A DNA stretch of 64,000 nt from Candidatus Omnitrophota bacterium. GTDB taxonomy: Bacteria; Omnitrophota; Gorgyraeia; Duberdicusellales; 4484-171. The notes beneath the pieces are model-generated. The model was not told where the DNA came from and made no database searches. It saw nothing but the letters and a program-made list of their open reading frames with translations. The position numbers and the translations under genes are program-made. The stretch is taken from contig JAAEQW010000120.1 in assembly GCA_024231025.1 (NCBI GenBank), positions 2,324 to 66,323 on the forward strand, in the 5' to 3' direction. Position 1 is the first letter of the stretch. Each line of letters starts with the position of its first letter. Shown one piece after another: positions 18,130 through 27,161 of the stretch.

Positions 18130-20481
18130 ATGATTAAAAAAACCTCCACAAGGCTTTTTATTCTACTGTGTTATTTGGGGTGCTGGATTGGCTTTTCTAC
18201 CGCAGCTAAAGAAGCTCCGAGTGAAATTTTCTCTCAAGGAATAGTTAATCTGCAACAAGGAAACTTAAAAAAAGCAAAAAGCCTCTTTGAAAAAGTCACC
18301 AAGCTTGAATTTGGTCACTATCCTTCATATTTCAATATCTCTTTAATATACCTAAATACCGGTGACTACAAAAAATCCATCAAATCTTTAGAAAAAGCCA
18401 AAAAATTTAACCCCTACGACCTACGGGTGGATGCACTTCTTGCAACCAGCTTCATTATGACAAAAAAAACAAAAAACGCTAAAGAGGCGCTATCAACTAT
18501 CATTTCAAAAAAACCTGACGATATAAACTCCCACAAAAAGTTAGGTATTTTGCACTTGCAAGAAGGCAATCTAAAAGAGGCGCTCTCGGAATTTACTACG
18601 ATAAAAAACTTATCCCCCGCAGATCAAGATGTTACCCAACTTTTAGAAACTGCCCAAAACAAGACAAGCAATAAGCTTATTAATTCTTTAAAAAGTAACA
18701 TTGTCACCCGTGAAATAGAATCAATAAAACCGGCAGAAAAATTCGAACTTAGCGAGGTGTCGAAACGAATCGTAAAAAAATTAAAAAAAGAAGAAGAGCA
18801 AACCGCACCCGCACCAACCGTAAAAAAACCAAAAAAGAAACTTCCGTTTAACACAAAAGCGACTTTAACTGAAACTTTCGAGCTCTACGACAGGAGCCCC
18901 CAAGCCAGTAGCCCAATTAATAAATTTCATAGCGCGTCAAATTTGAAATTTCAAGGAAAGATCAAGAAAAAAATAGATTACACCACTCAATTAGAGTGGT
19001 TTTTTAACACTTGGGATCACACAGTTTTAGACTATTATAAGGTGAACTTCAAAGAACGCGATAAATACGAGGTGGACGTCGGTAAATTCTCTGCAAAACA
19101 CTTTCCCAAATTAGTCAGCTACCCTACAGTTAATGACGGATTAAGGATATGGAAGAAATTTAAACGTCCTGATGCTCAAATCAGTGAAACATCCATAACA
19201 GAGACTAGTAATAAACCAATCAATCTAGGTGAACTTTATCGAAAAAATCAAGACTTACGCTGGTTTAAGTCTGCTGAACTTACCTATGTGATCGGGCGCA
19301 CTCTTGCCCCAGTCAATTTAGATCGACGAAAAGAAAAAAATGAAGATACATACGAAACCAGCGGGCAATTTGAGCAATGGACCACAGCTGTGCGTGCTTA
19401 CACAAAAGTTAATTCTTTTTCTGATTTTGGAGTGTCTTTTGCCTTAACCCAAGACAGAGAGCACTCAGCCAATATTAGCTCATCAACTAATCCAATAACT
19501 TCAAAGGCACTTGGCATCGATGGTAATTTTAGCTTGTTAAACGATAAGCTCAGCTTTGACTGGGAAATCGCAAGAAGCGACTATGATGAAAACAGTCTCG
19601 ATCCAACCGATAAACATCTTGAAGATAAAGCTTGGTACGCTAAGTTCACTTATAAGCCACAGAAAGAGTATACTTTCTCCTATGAACATACCGGAGTGGA
19701 AAAAAGTTTTAAAGTAGAAGGAGCTTATCAAACAGAAGATAAACTGAGTCACATTATTAACGCTCAATTTAAGCCATCGGAACCAAAAACTTGGAGCTTA
19801 AAATCGCTCTCATTAAAATTTCAACCTGAAGAAACTAACTTTAGAGGCTATGGAACAAGCAGAAAGAAGTATCGGACCTTTCAACCAGTAGTTGATATCA
19901 AACTTCCTGATGACGCAAAGCTAACTCTGGACTATAAATATTACCGGGAGTATGATAAGTGCGTATGCAGCTCTTATCGCACCCGAAAATTAAAATCAGC
20001 TATTGAATGGGAAGCAAAACCAATAAAAACCACTTTTAAACCATCATATACTTTTGAGCGTAAAGACGACCGCGTTGCTGCTGCTACTGATGAAAACTTA
20101 AAAGAAACCGTCCTGACAATTGAGAATAAATTAATAAAAAACTTAACCGTTAAGGGATCTATTGAGCGCGAAATAAAAACATACGTTGGGGCAACCACTA
20201 AAAGCTACCACCAACATGTTTATAGCGCTGAAGCAAAATATGACATTGTTCCTTCGCGCTTTGACGCAAAATTCAAACTATCGCGAGACAGAAAGGATTC
20301 TTCCGACACAAATGACACCGACATAATTACCCTTACCTGGGAACTTAACTATACGTCTAAGGATCGCGACCATAAGATAGCCTTAAAGATAGAACGCAAA
20401 AATAACACTTACGACCCCTGGTCAGAAACGTCTGCTTACCGGCAGAACTATGCAAAACTGAAGTATACCTATAAGTTCTAA
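18130..20481 (+). CDS. outer-membrane protein with N-terminal TPR repeats and a large C-terminal beta-barrel (783 aa); architecture is like the PgaA/BcsC family of exopolysaccharide export porins
   Basis: Signal peptide MIKKTSTRLFILLCYLGCWIGFSTAA. TPR-like helices at aa 30-200 (LQQGNLKKAKSLFEKV..., YKKSIKSLEKAKKFNP..., LQEGNLKEALSEFTT). A K/P-rich linker follows. About 530 aa of alternating amphipathic beta strands rich in Y/T/K end in the C-terminal aromatic ...KLKYTYKF, typical of OMP barrels. Confidence 0.55.
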   Translation: MIKKTSTRLFILLCYLGCWIGFSTAAKEAPSEIFSQGIVNLQQGNLKKAKSLFEKVTKLEFGHYPSYFNISLIYLNTGDYKKSIKSLEKAKKFNPYDLRVDALLATSFIMTKKTKNAKEALSTIISKKPDDINSHKKLGILHLQEGNLKEALSEFTTIKNLSPADQDVTQLLETAQNKTSNKLINSLKSNIVTREIESIKPAEKFELSEVSKRIVKKLKKEEEQTAPAPTVKKPKKKLPFNTKATLTETFELYDRSPQASSPINKFHSASNLKFQGKIKKKIDYTTQLEWFFNTWDHTVLDYYKVNFKERDKYEVDVGKFSAKHFPKLVSYPTVNDGLRIWKKFKRPDAQISETSITETSNKPINLGELYRKNQDLRWFKSAELTYVIGRTLAPVNLDRRKEKNEDTYETSGQFEQWTTAVRAYTKVNSFSDFGVSFALTQDREHSANISSSTNPITSKALGIDGNFSLLNDKLSFDWEIARSDYDENSLDPTDKHLEDKAWYAKFTYKPQKEYTFSYEHTGVEKSFKVEGAYQTEDKLSHIINAQFKPSEPKTWSLKSLSLKFQPEETNFRGYGTSRKKYRTFQPVVDIKLPDDAKLTLDYKYYREYDKCVCSSYRTRKLKSAIEWEAKPIKTTFKPSYTFERKDDRVAAATDENLKETVLTIENKLIKNLTVKGSIEREIKTYVGATTKSYHQHVYSAEAKYDIVPSRFDAKFKLSRDRKDSSDTNDTDIITLTWELNYTSKDRDHKIALKIERKNNTYDPWSETSAYRQNYAKLKYTYKF

Positions 20482-20506
20482 ATTGTCAATCACGCAAATG
20501 GAGGTA

Positions 20507-21418
20507 ATGATGCGATTAATAATGATTATTGTGGTGATTTTTACAGGTTGTTCAACCATTAACCCAAAAATGCTTGTAAACCCCTACGAACCGCTTTATT
20601 ACCGCGGGACCGACAGCTTTGATAACAAAGATTACACAACCGCTATCGAAGCATACTCTCGTTTTCTTGAAAAATGCCCTGATTCCTCTTTTACCATTCC
20701 GGCAAAACTAAATTTAGCAATGGCATATTACCATCAAGAAAAGTGGCAATTGACTCAAAGCACTTTAAAGGACGTAAAAATAACCGATTCCGCTATCAGC
20801 AAATTTGTCAACGATACATTAGCTACTTGCGAAAAAAAACTAAATCCAAATGGCAGCACAACGAGTGAAAAAACAGAAACACAACCACAAGAAGAAGTAG
20901 TAATTACGATTACTGACGCTTACTTAGATAACGCTGACATGCTTAATTTAACCGGAACCGTATCTAGAGAGGGTAAAATTTATATCGGCCAAATAGCAGC
21001 TGATTTTCAAAAAGATAATACGTTCACCATCATTTCGCGTTGGCGCAAGGGCAAGCCGATTATTATATCCTGGCGTAAAGACGGACTCGAGCAAACTCTA
21101 GATTACTATCCCGACAATGAAGAACCGCAAGCCCCTGATGGCCTTTTTCGACGCAATATGAGCGATAATACCGTTGAATTGGAATGGAACGACAATGATG
21201 AGGGCGATATTAAAGGCTACAAATTATACTATCAATTAAGCGGCAGTGGATCACTTCAGGAAGTGCGTGATATAATTGAAGATACAGACTTCGAAGTGGT
21301 TGGTTTGCAAAATTTAATTGATGGCGCAAATAAAACTTTTCGTTTTTACCTTAGAGCCGTAGATAAAATGAATAATTATTCTGATCCGTCAGACACCCTA
21401 GAGGTAACTTTGCCTTAA
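20507..21418 (+). CDS. lipoprotein with a TPR-like region and a C-terminal fibronectin type III domain (~303 aa)
   Basis: GGAGG at 20500-20504 is followed by ATGATG. The lipobox IFTGCS is present. TPR-like segments are DYTTAIEAYSRFLEKCPDS and LNLAMAYYHQEKW. An FN3-like block reads VELEWNDNDEGDIKGYKLYYQ...FRFYLRAVDKMNNYSDPS. It starts 2 nt after the OMP gene stop. Confidence 0.55.
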   Translation: MMRLIMIIVVIFTGCSTINPKMLVNPYEPLYYRGTDSFDNKDYTTAIEAYSRFLEKCPDSSFTIPAKLNLAMAYYHQEKWQLTQSTLKDVKITDSAISKFVNDTLATCEKKLNPNGSTTSEKTETQPQEEVVITITDAYLDNADMLNLTGTVSREGKIYIGQIAADFQKDNTFTIISRWRKGKPIIISWRKDGLEQTLDYYPDNEEPQAPDGLFRRNMSDNTVELEWNDNDEGDIKGYKLYYQLSGSGSLQEVRDIIEDTDFEVVGLQNLIDGANKTFRFYLRAVDKMNNYSDPSDTLEVTLP

Positions 21419-21419
21419 A

Positions 21420-24005
21420 ATGAAAAAGATTACCATCTGCATATTAATTAGCTTCCTGGTAGCCTTAATTTTAGGAGGACTGTCAATTTTTGCCCCGTAT
21501 CGCCTAATTGAGTCTAAGCTCTACGATGCACGAATGAATTTACGCCCTGCGCCTACTCAAGATAAAAGAATATTGTTTATCGAAATGGACGAACAAGCAA
21601 TAGATGACCTTGGACGCTGGCCATGGCCCCGAGACATAAATGCCCAATTAATTGAAACCTTAAAATCACTTGGAGCAAGGCAGGTTTTATTTGATGTCAC
21701 TTTTTCAAACACATCGCAGTTAGTTATCGATAAAGAAAAAATGAATGAGGTTTTTAAAGAAAAAAATATAATTTCTGACTTCATAGATCAGGTATCCGAT
21801 GGAATAAAATCAGGTGACATAAAAGAAAGAGAAGATATTTTATGGTATTTAACTCAAATCAACGATGGAATTGATGCCTTCAGAGGCAACCTTACCGACA
21901 GCATGCGCTATGCAATTACTGATAAAGATAAAATTCTCGCCTCAGCGCTTTCCAGCGATGATGTTTTTATTGGATATAAATTTGAAGTCATACACAAACC
22001 TCATGACATAGCAAAAGATGAAACCTACGCAACGCTAAAAAAGGAATTCGAAAACTGGATTATCAATAACCCAACAAAATTCTACCGAGATCTTCCTCAC
22101 CAATACAAAAGCATCTCGTCTTTTAGCGAAGAAGAAAAAAATCTTCTTTTTTTCCAACTTAAAATTCGCACCCTACTTAATGAAAATATACAAAGTAGCG
22201 TTGATCAAATAGCAAAAGCACTGAATAGACCAAAAAAAGAAGTGCGTCCCGAATTTAACAGTATAAAGAAAGATCTAGCGGAAGAAAAAATTATTTCTTT
22301 TTTAGAAGAAAATGCTCAAGCAAAATTCACTCAGGTAATATGGACCAGTCAAATCCATGATCGCCAAACAGCTCTGCTTTTTAAAAAAGCTTGGGCAAAT
22401 GTTAAGAAAAAACAACTTTTTATTGAAAAAATTGGACGCCATATAAAAACCGATCAAAAATTTCTAAAAGCAGTTAAACTCGACGTTCCCATCGCCGAAT
22501 TCACTAAAGCAGTTAACGGAGCGGGATTTCTCAATGGCATTGTCGACGATGATGGCGTACTGCGCAGCGTTCCGCTTTTCATAAAGTACGAAAACAAAAT
22601 ATACCCACATATGGCAATAACATCTGTTATAAATTTGCTTAAACCAAAAGAAATCAGTTTTGTTGGCGGAAAATTTTGCCTACTAAAAGGCATTGTCACC
22701 GAGGGCAAGCAAAAAGACCTGCGCATACCAATAGATGCAAAAGCAACTACCCTTATAAATTGGGTCGGTAAATGGCACGATACATTTAGACATGCTTCTT
22801 GCAGCGATGTTTATCGCCTTTACTCTTTACGGGAAAACGCAAAGCATAATGCCAATATCCCTAAAGAAGAATTAACCGCCGAAGCCTTAGGCGCAATCGC
22901 CAAAGAAAACGAACGCCTAGCTGAAAATGAAAAAAAGTTAACCGATAAGGTTGCTGGTTCAATTTGCATAATTGGCCTTACCGCAGCGGGAACTCATGAC
23001 TATAACCCTATACCGCAGGAATCAGCTTATCCCATGCTAGGCACTCATGCTAACATTATAAATTCGATATTAACCGAACAATTTATCACAAAAGCACCCA
23101 AAATTTATGACCTTGCCGTTACTCTCATTTTAGTAATTCTTCTGGGGGTGGTTTTAACACTGCTATCCTCTACGATTGGATTAATTTTTATAATTGCTGT
23201 AATTGCTGTAATTTTTTATTTATCGCTTTTTTTATTTAACCATGGTATCTGGATAAATTTAACATCTCCGATTTTGCTTTCTCTATTTTCGTATCTTGGA
23301 ATCACTAGCTACAAGTTCGCAACTGAAGAAAAAGAAAAACGCTGGATAAAAAAGGCATTCTCGCATTACGTTTCAAAAGAAGTAATAGAGGAAATCATAA
23401 AGGACCCGTCTAAATTAAAACTTGGTGGCCAGAGAAAGGTGCTAACCGTTCTTTTTAGTGATATAAGAAGTTTCACTACATATTCTGAAAAAAGAAAACC
23501 GGAAGAAGTTGTTACAGTGCTAAATGAATACCTCGACGAAATGACAAAAGTTATATTTGCCAATAGCGGAACGCTTGACAAGTATGTTGGTGATGAAATA
23601 ATGGCACTTTTCGGCGCACCACGCTATGAACCGCCTGATTTAAGCGCCGTGCATGCGGTAAAAACCGCCTGCGCCATGCTTGAAAAATTAGCTCTTCTGC
23701 AGGAAAAATGGAAAGCACAAGGCATAGAACCGCTTGATATCGGAATTGGCATAAACACCGGGGAGATGGTCGTTGGGAATATGGGATCAAGCTTGGTTAT
23801 GGACTACACCGTAATCGGTGATGCCGTAAATTTGGGTGCACGCATTGAAGCTTTAACCCGCCAATACAATAATCATATCATTGTTTCAGAATCTACTTAC
23901 GAGTACATAAAAGACATTGTGGATGCTAAACCGCTAGAAGCAATCAAGGTTAAAGGAAAGAACATTCCCGTTATGATATATCAAGTCAATGGAATGAAGA
24001 CTTAA
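21420..24005 (+). CDS. membrane-bound CHASE2 sensor domain / class III adenylate (or guanylate) cyclase (861 aa)
   Basis: An N-terminal TM helix is followed by a ~520-aa periplasmic-type domain (CHASE2-like length and position). A cluster of 3-4 TM helices follows (LAVTLILVILLGVV...IFIIAVIAVIFYLSLFLF...ILLSLFSYLGI). The C-terminal cyclase domain carries VLTVLFSDIRSFTTYSE, YVGDEIMALFGAP and VVGNMGS...YTVIGDAVNLGARIE, which are class III nucleotidyl cyclase signatures. Confidence 0.85.
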   Translation: MKKITICILISFLVALILGGLSIFAPYRLIESKLYDARMNLRPAPTQDKRILFIEMDEQAIDDLGRWPWPRDINAQLIETLKSLGARQVLFDVTFSNTSQLVIDKEKMNEVFKEKNIISDFIDQVSDGIKSGDIKEREDILWYLTQINDGIDAFRGNLTDSMRYAITDKDKILASALSSDDVFIGYKFEVIHKPHDIAKDETYATLKKEFENWIINNPTKFYRDLPHQYKSISSFSEEEKNLLFFQLKIRTLLNENIQSSVDQIAKALNRPKKEVRPEFNSIKKDLAEEKIISFLEENAQAKFTQVIWTSQIHDRQTALLFKKAWANVKKKQLFIEKIGRHIKTDQKFLKAVKLDVPIAEFTKAVNGAGFLNGIVDDDGVLRSVPLFIKYENKIYPHMAITSVINLLKPKEISFVGGKFCLLKGIVTEGKQKDLRIPIDAKATTLINWVGKWHDTFRHASCSDVYRLYSLRENAKHNANIPKEELTAEALGAIAKENERLAENEKKLTDKVAGSICIIGLTAAGTHDYNPIPQESAYPMLGTHANIINSILTEQFITKAPKIYDLAVTLILVILLGVVLTLLSSTIGLIFIIAVIAVIFYLSLFLFNHGIWINLTSPILLSLFSYLGITSYKFATEEKEKRWIKKAFSHYVSKEVIEEIIKDPSKLKLGGQRKVLTVLFSDIRSFTTYSEKRKPEEVVTVLNEYLDEMTKVIFANSGTLDKYVGDEIMALFGAPRYEPPDLSAVHAVKTACAMLEKLALLQEKWKAQGIEPLDIGIGINTGEMVVGNMGSSLVMDYTVIGDAVNLGARIEALTRQYNNHIIVSESTYEYIKDIVDAKPLEAIKVKGKNIPVMIYQVNGMKT

Positions 24006-24091
24006 GCTATAGTCCTCAAAGTGCAATCAAAAGCTTTTACTTTCTTCTTTATGCGAGGGAAATAGCGATGTTTATATCAGCGCGTAACGTA

Positions 24092-24112
24092 GGCCTGGAG
24101 CGAAGCCAGGCC
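24092..24112. terminator. GC-rich perfect hairpin (GGCCTGG-AGCGAAG-CCAGGCC) between convergent genes; possible bidirectional terminator
   Basis: A 7-bp perfect stem with a 7-nt loop in otherwise AT-rich DNA. It sits between the cyclase stop (24005) and the stop of the minus-strand gene at 24153. No clear U tract is present on either strand. Confidence 0.3.
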
Positions 24113-24152
24113 AGGTGATTTACCGCAGCAGAAAATAGAGAGTAAAAGTGTA

Positions 24153-24827
24153 TTAGCAGCCACAATCACCTTTAAAAGTAGGGCTTTTACCGGAAGATAT
24201 CGCATTACCACTTAAATCTTTTACTTCATCCACCTCAACATAACCTTCTTCATCATCATCAAACTCGATCCCAAATTTTAAAATTACTGTGTCCTTGTGA
24301 TATTCTATCGACTCCGGGTGAACTTCCCGCTTATTAGTGATCGCTGTGTAGTTTTCGCAACCTTGCGCACTTTCATCCTCTACTTCTTCGCTAAATTTTA
24401 CTGTGATTAAATTTTTTGCCTCAATCATTATCCCCTCAACAAATGGAGCCAAAACGTCTCGACACACAAAAGAAGCACTCAAATTAGTCGGCGCATTTAC
24501 CCCCTCTATTTCAACAACGAGATTCAAGCCAATTTCCTTTCGACACTTGATAGAAAAAATACCCTTGCCATTTTTAAATTTTAAATTTTTAGGAAAGCTG
24601 CAAGGTTTAGTGTCAGCCTTTGAAGAAAAAGTTACGTTCTTTTTCCCGCTAAACGCAGCATCAACTTCGCCTCGATCATTTAAAGCGTAAGCTAATACAT
24701 TGAGTTCAACACCACAAATAGCTTGGTTTTGTTTTTCTAGAAATAACTGAATGGGTTTAGCTAAAGCTAGCTTAAAAGATAACAAAAATAAAAAAAGAAA
24801 CAGTAGGCACCGTCTATAGGCATGCAT
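24153..24827 (-). CDS. secreted hypothetical protein (224 aa) with signal peptide and Cys-rich C-terminus (..KGDCGC)
   Basis: Signal peptide MHAYRRCLLFLFLFLLSFKLALA. No recognisable catalytic motifs were found. Confidence 0.45.
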   Translation of the reverse strand: MHAYRRCLLFLFLFLLSFKLALAKPIQLFLEKQNQAICGVELNVLAYALNDRGEVDAAFSGKKNVTFSSKADTKPCSFPKNLKFKNGKGIFSIKCRKEIGLNLVVEIEGVNAPTNLSASFVCRDVLAPFVEGIMIEAKNLITVKFSEEVEDESAQGCENYTAITNKREVHPESIEYHKDTVILKFGIEFDDDEEGYVEVDEVKDLSGNAISSGKSPTFKGDCGC

Positions 24828-24832
24828 CTGGC

Positions 24833-25273
24833 TTAAAAAACGAGTCCGCCCCCGGGATTATTTTTTCTGCGCAAGCGACGTGACATTTCAGTCATCATTT
24901 GATAAAGAATCTTTGCAACAATATGCGCAGACTTAGTAAAAAGTTTGTTAAAATCCTGCCTGTTTATCTCCAGAAGAATAGTGTTCTCTGTAGCAATAAT
25001 TGAGGCAGTTCTAACAGCATAATCAAAAAGAGCAACCTCACCAAAAAAATCACCCCCTGCCAACTGTATTATTTCTTCTGCGTTTTTAACAACTTTTACG
25101 GCACCGCTTTTTATGATGTACATGCTCTCGCCCTTGGACCCTTCGGAAAATACTGTCATATCTGGAAGATATATTTTTTTAGTAAAAATCGGCACTAACT
25201 CTTCCAACTCGTCAGGATGTAGCAATTGAAAAACGAACAATCCTTGCAGATCAGCTGAATTTAGTTCTTCCAT
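24833..25273 (-). CDS. stand-alone cyclic-nucleotide-binding (CAP effector-domain) protein, 146 aa, no DNA-binding domain
   Basis: A cNMP-binding beta-roll with phosphate-binding cassette GGDFFGEVALFDYAVRTASIIA. The segment VFSEGSKGESMYIIKSGAVKV is typical of CAP/PKA-R type domains. Confidence 0.8.
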   Translation of the reverse strand: MEELNSADLQGLFVFQLLHPDELEELVPIFTKKIYLPDMTVFSEGSKGESMYIIKSGAVKVVKNAEEIIQLAGGDFFGEVALFDYAVRTASIIATENTILLEINRQDFNKLFTKSAHIVAKILYQMMTEMSRRLRRKNNPGGGLVF

Positions 25274-25443
25274 AAATTATCCTCCAATAAAATTGTAGCT
25301 ATTTAGGGTAATTCCCTAAATTTTATTGGCACTGAGAGTTCCGTCTCGAAGTGCCTAGCACATTAGACATTGCCTGCCCGCCGTATTGGCAGGCGGGTAT
25401 CTTGTATCTTGATAATTATTTCTTTTTACAAGATTTAATAACT

Positions 25444-25896
25444 TTATATAAACAAATTGTCATTTTCAATATTCATACGCCGAATACGCTTACTCATATC
25501 CTGAATAACCTTATATAAGACCTTAACCCCCAGGCGCGGATGCTCTGAAACAAGTGCGCCAAAATCATCACGGATTATTTCAAAAAGCAAACATTCCTCA
25601 ACCGCAACCGCTGAAGCCGTACGCGGCACACGATCAAAAAGAGCAATTTCACCGAAAAAATCACCAGAATAAAGAGCGATGACCTCTCTCGTTTCCGTCT
25701 TAACCTTTCGAGTTATCCTGACCGTTCCTGAATCGATCAAAAACATCCCATTACTTGTTTCATTTTCCGAAAAAATTACGTCTCCAGCACTGAAACGTTT
25801 TTCTTTACAGATTGAAGCAACATTGTCGAGCTCATCTTCGGTTAAGAATTTAAACAAGAATACGCCCTTTAATCTTTCTAATTTGTCAGTAGTCAT
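25444..25896 (-). CDS. second stand-alone cyclic-nucleotide-binding domain protein, 150 aa (paralogue of 24833-25273)
   Basis: Phosphate-binding cassette SGDFFGEIALFDRVPRTASAVA, plus IFSENETSNGMFLIDSGTVRI. Confidence 0.8.
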   Translation of the reverse strand: MTTDKLERLKGVFLFKFLTEDELDNVASICKEKRFSAGDVIFSENETSNGMFLIDSGTVRITRKVKTETREVIALYSGDFFGEIALFDRVPRTASAVAVEECLLFEIIRDDFGALVSEHPRLGVKVLYKVIQDMSKRIRRMNIENDNLFI

Positions 25897-25936
25897 AAGT
25901 TAATTGTATTATTTTCTGCTCGTTATGTCTATACCC

Positions 25937-27157
25937 TCAAGCAAATTTTTTATTCGCTGTTGAATCTGAAATATATACGGCTACAAATGATAAAAGTAAC
26001 CAGAAAAATATTGAAAGCTTTAATGAGTAGAATTGCGTATCAAAAAAAGCACCGATCAAAAAACTTATCAACCCTAAGAATAAACCTAAATATCGAAAAT
26101 CAACTCTTCGTCTCAATTCTTTGTACCCTTTCAAAAGAAGCTCCCATAAAAACCACAGAAAAGTTCCTAAACCAAAAATGCCTGTTTCCGCTAAAATCTG
26201 TAAATAACAGTTGTGGGCATAATAAGCCCCCTCTAAGTTCACCGCGTACTCTTTTACACAATCCATAAATAGCCCTAACCCCCTGCCAAACAATGGGTTG
26301 TGTTTAAACATTAGAATTGCTGCCTTCCAAAGAACAAAACGTTGGGCATCACCTCCGGCATGAAATGTAAGCAGTAATTTCTGTTCAAAAAACGGTAAAT
26401 GACTAGTTACCGCCACAAAGATTGCCGCAAATATTGCTAAAAGCACTCTGCTTTGCTTATCAGCGCTAAAAGCAACCAACAAAATAATTCCCACTAAAAA
26501 CGAAAACCAACCCGCACGCGAATAAGTAAGAAGGAGCCCCCCCATTAACATCAAAGATGCGATAACTACTATAATTTTTACCCAATTTTTTTTACTCCTG
26601 TATAAAACCCCATAATTAATAAAAAACATTGCCGTTAAATAACTGGATAAATTATTTGGATTATAAAAAGTCGCACGAATAGCATTATTCGCAGAACTTA
26701 TGGAAAATCGCCTAATAAAATCAACGCCAACTATTTTTTGATAGAAACCGTCAATACAAATTAAAATCGAAGATGCCAAGAAAAGTTTTAATAGAAAAAT
26801 GACTTTCTTTTTAGTTAAAAATACCTGGGCGAAATAGAACAATAAAACTCCCTCGCCCCATTTAAAAAACCACGCAATAAAACTCTTTGAAGGCATCGGG
26901 CTAATCACCGTTGATACGGCAATTGAGAGGTAAAATATAAGCAAAGAAAGATTAATTTTATTTTGAAAAAAAAGTTTTGTTTTTGAAAGACTAAACCTGG
27001 CAAAAATCGTTCTCACCAAAAAACAAACAAGGATCGCGGTAAAGGAAATCTCAATGATAGCTGATGAGATCGGCAAAAAAAACACCAACACCACAAAAAG
27101 AAAAAAAGCTACCCTTTCCGCTTCTAAAACTATTTTATTCCTTAAGTCGCTATTCAT
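25937..27157 (-). CDS. polytopic membrane protein of the O-antigen ligase / Wzy_C family (406 aa)
   Basis: Ten or more predicted TM helices. The central LLLTYSRAGWFSFLVGIILL segment resembles the Wzy_C/O-antigen ligase conserved loop. Confidence 0.5.
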   Translation of the reverse strand: MNSDLRNKIVLEAERVAFFLFVVLVFFLPISSAIIEISFTAILVCFLVRTIFARFSLSKTKLFFQNKINLSLLIFYLSIAVSTVISPMPSKSFIAWFFKWGEGVLLFYFAQVFLTKKKVIFLLKLFLASSILICIDGFYQKIVGVDFIRRFSISSANNAIRATFYNPNNLSSYLTAMFFINYGVLYRSKKNWVKIIVVIASLMLMGGLLLTYSRAGWFSFLVGIILLVAFSADKQSRVLLAIFAAIFVAVTSHLPFFEQKLLLTFHAGGDAQRFVLWKAAILMFKHNPLFGRGLGLFMDCVKEYAVNLEGAYYAHNCYLQILAETGIFGLGTFLWFLWELLLKGYKELRRRVDFRYLGLFLGLISFLIGAFFDTQFYSLKLSIFFWLLLSFVAVYISDSTANKKFA

Positions 27158-27161
27158 AAAA

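Noticed and set aside
21557-23790. Minus-strand ORFs inside the adenylate cyclase gene (21557-21784, 22454-22726, 23366-23581, 23551-23790)
   Set aside because: These are antisense shadows of a gene with strong cyclase motifs.
24068-24118. 16-codon ORF (MFISARNVGLERSQAR) in the cyclase downstream region
   Set aside because: It is too short, lacks an RBS and overlaps the GC hairpin. It most likely arises by chance.
25376-25396. Short GC hairpin CCCGCC-GTATTGGCA-GGCGGG in the intergenic region between the two cNMP-binding genes
   Set aside because: It has only a 6-bp stem and no U tract on the minus strand, where a terminator for 25444-25896 would be needed. It may be incidental.
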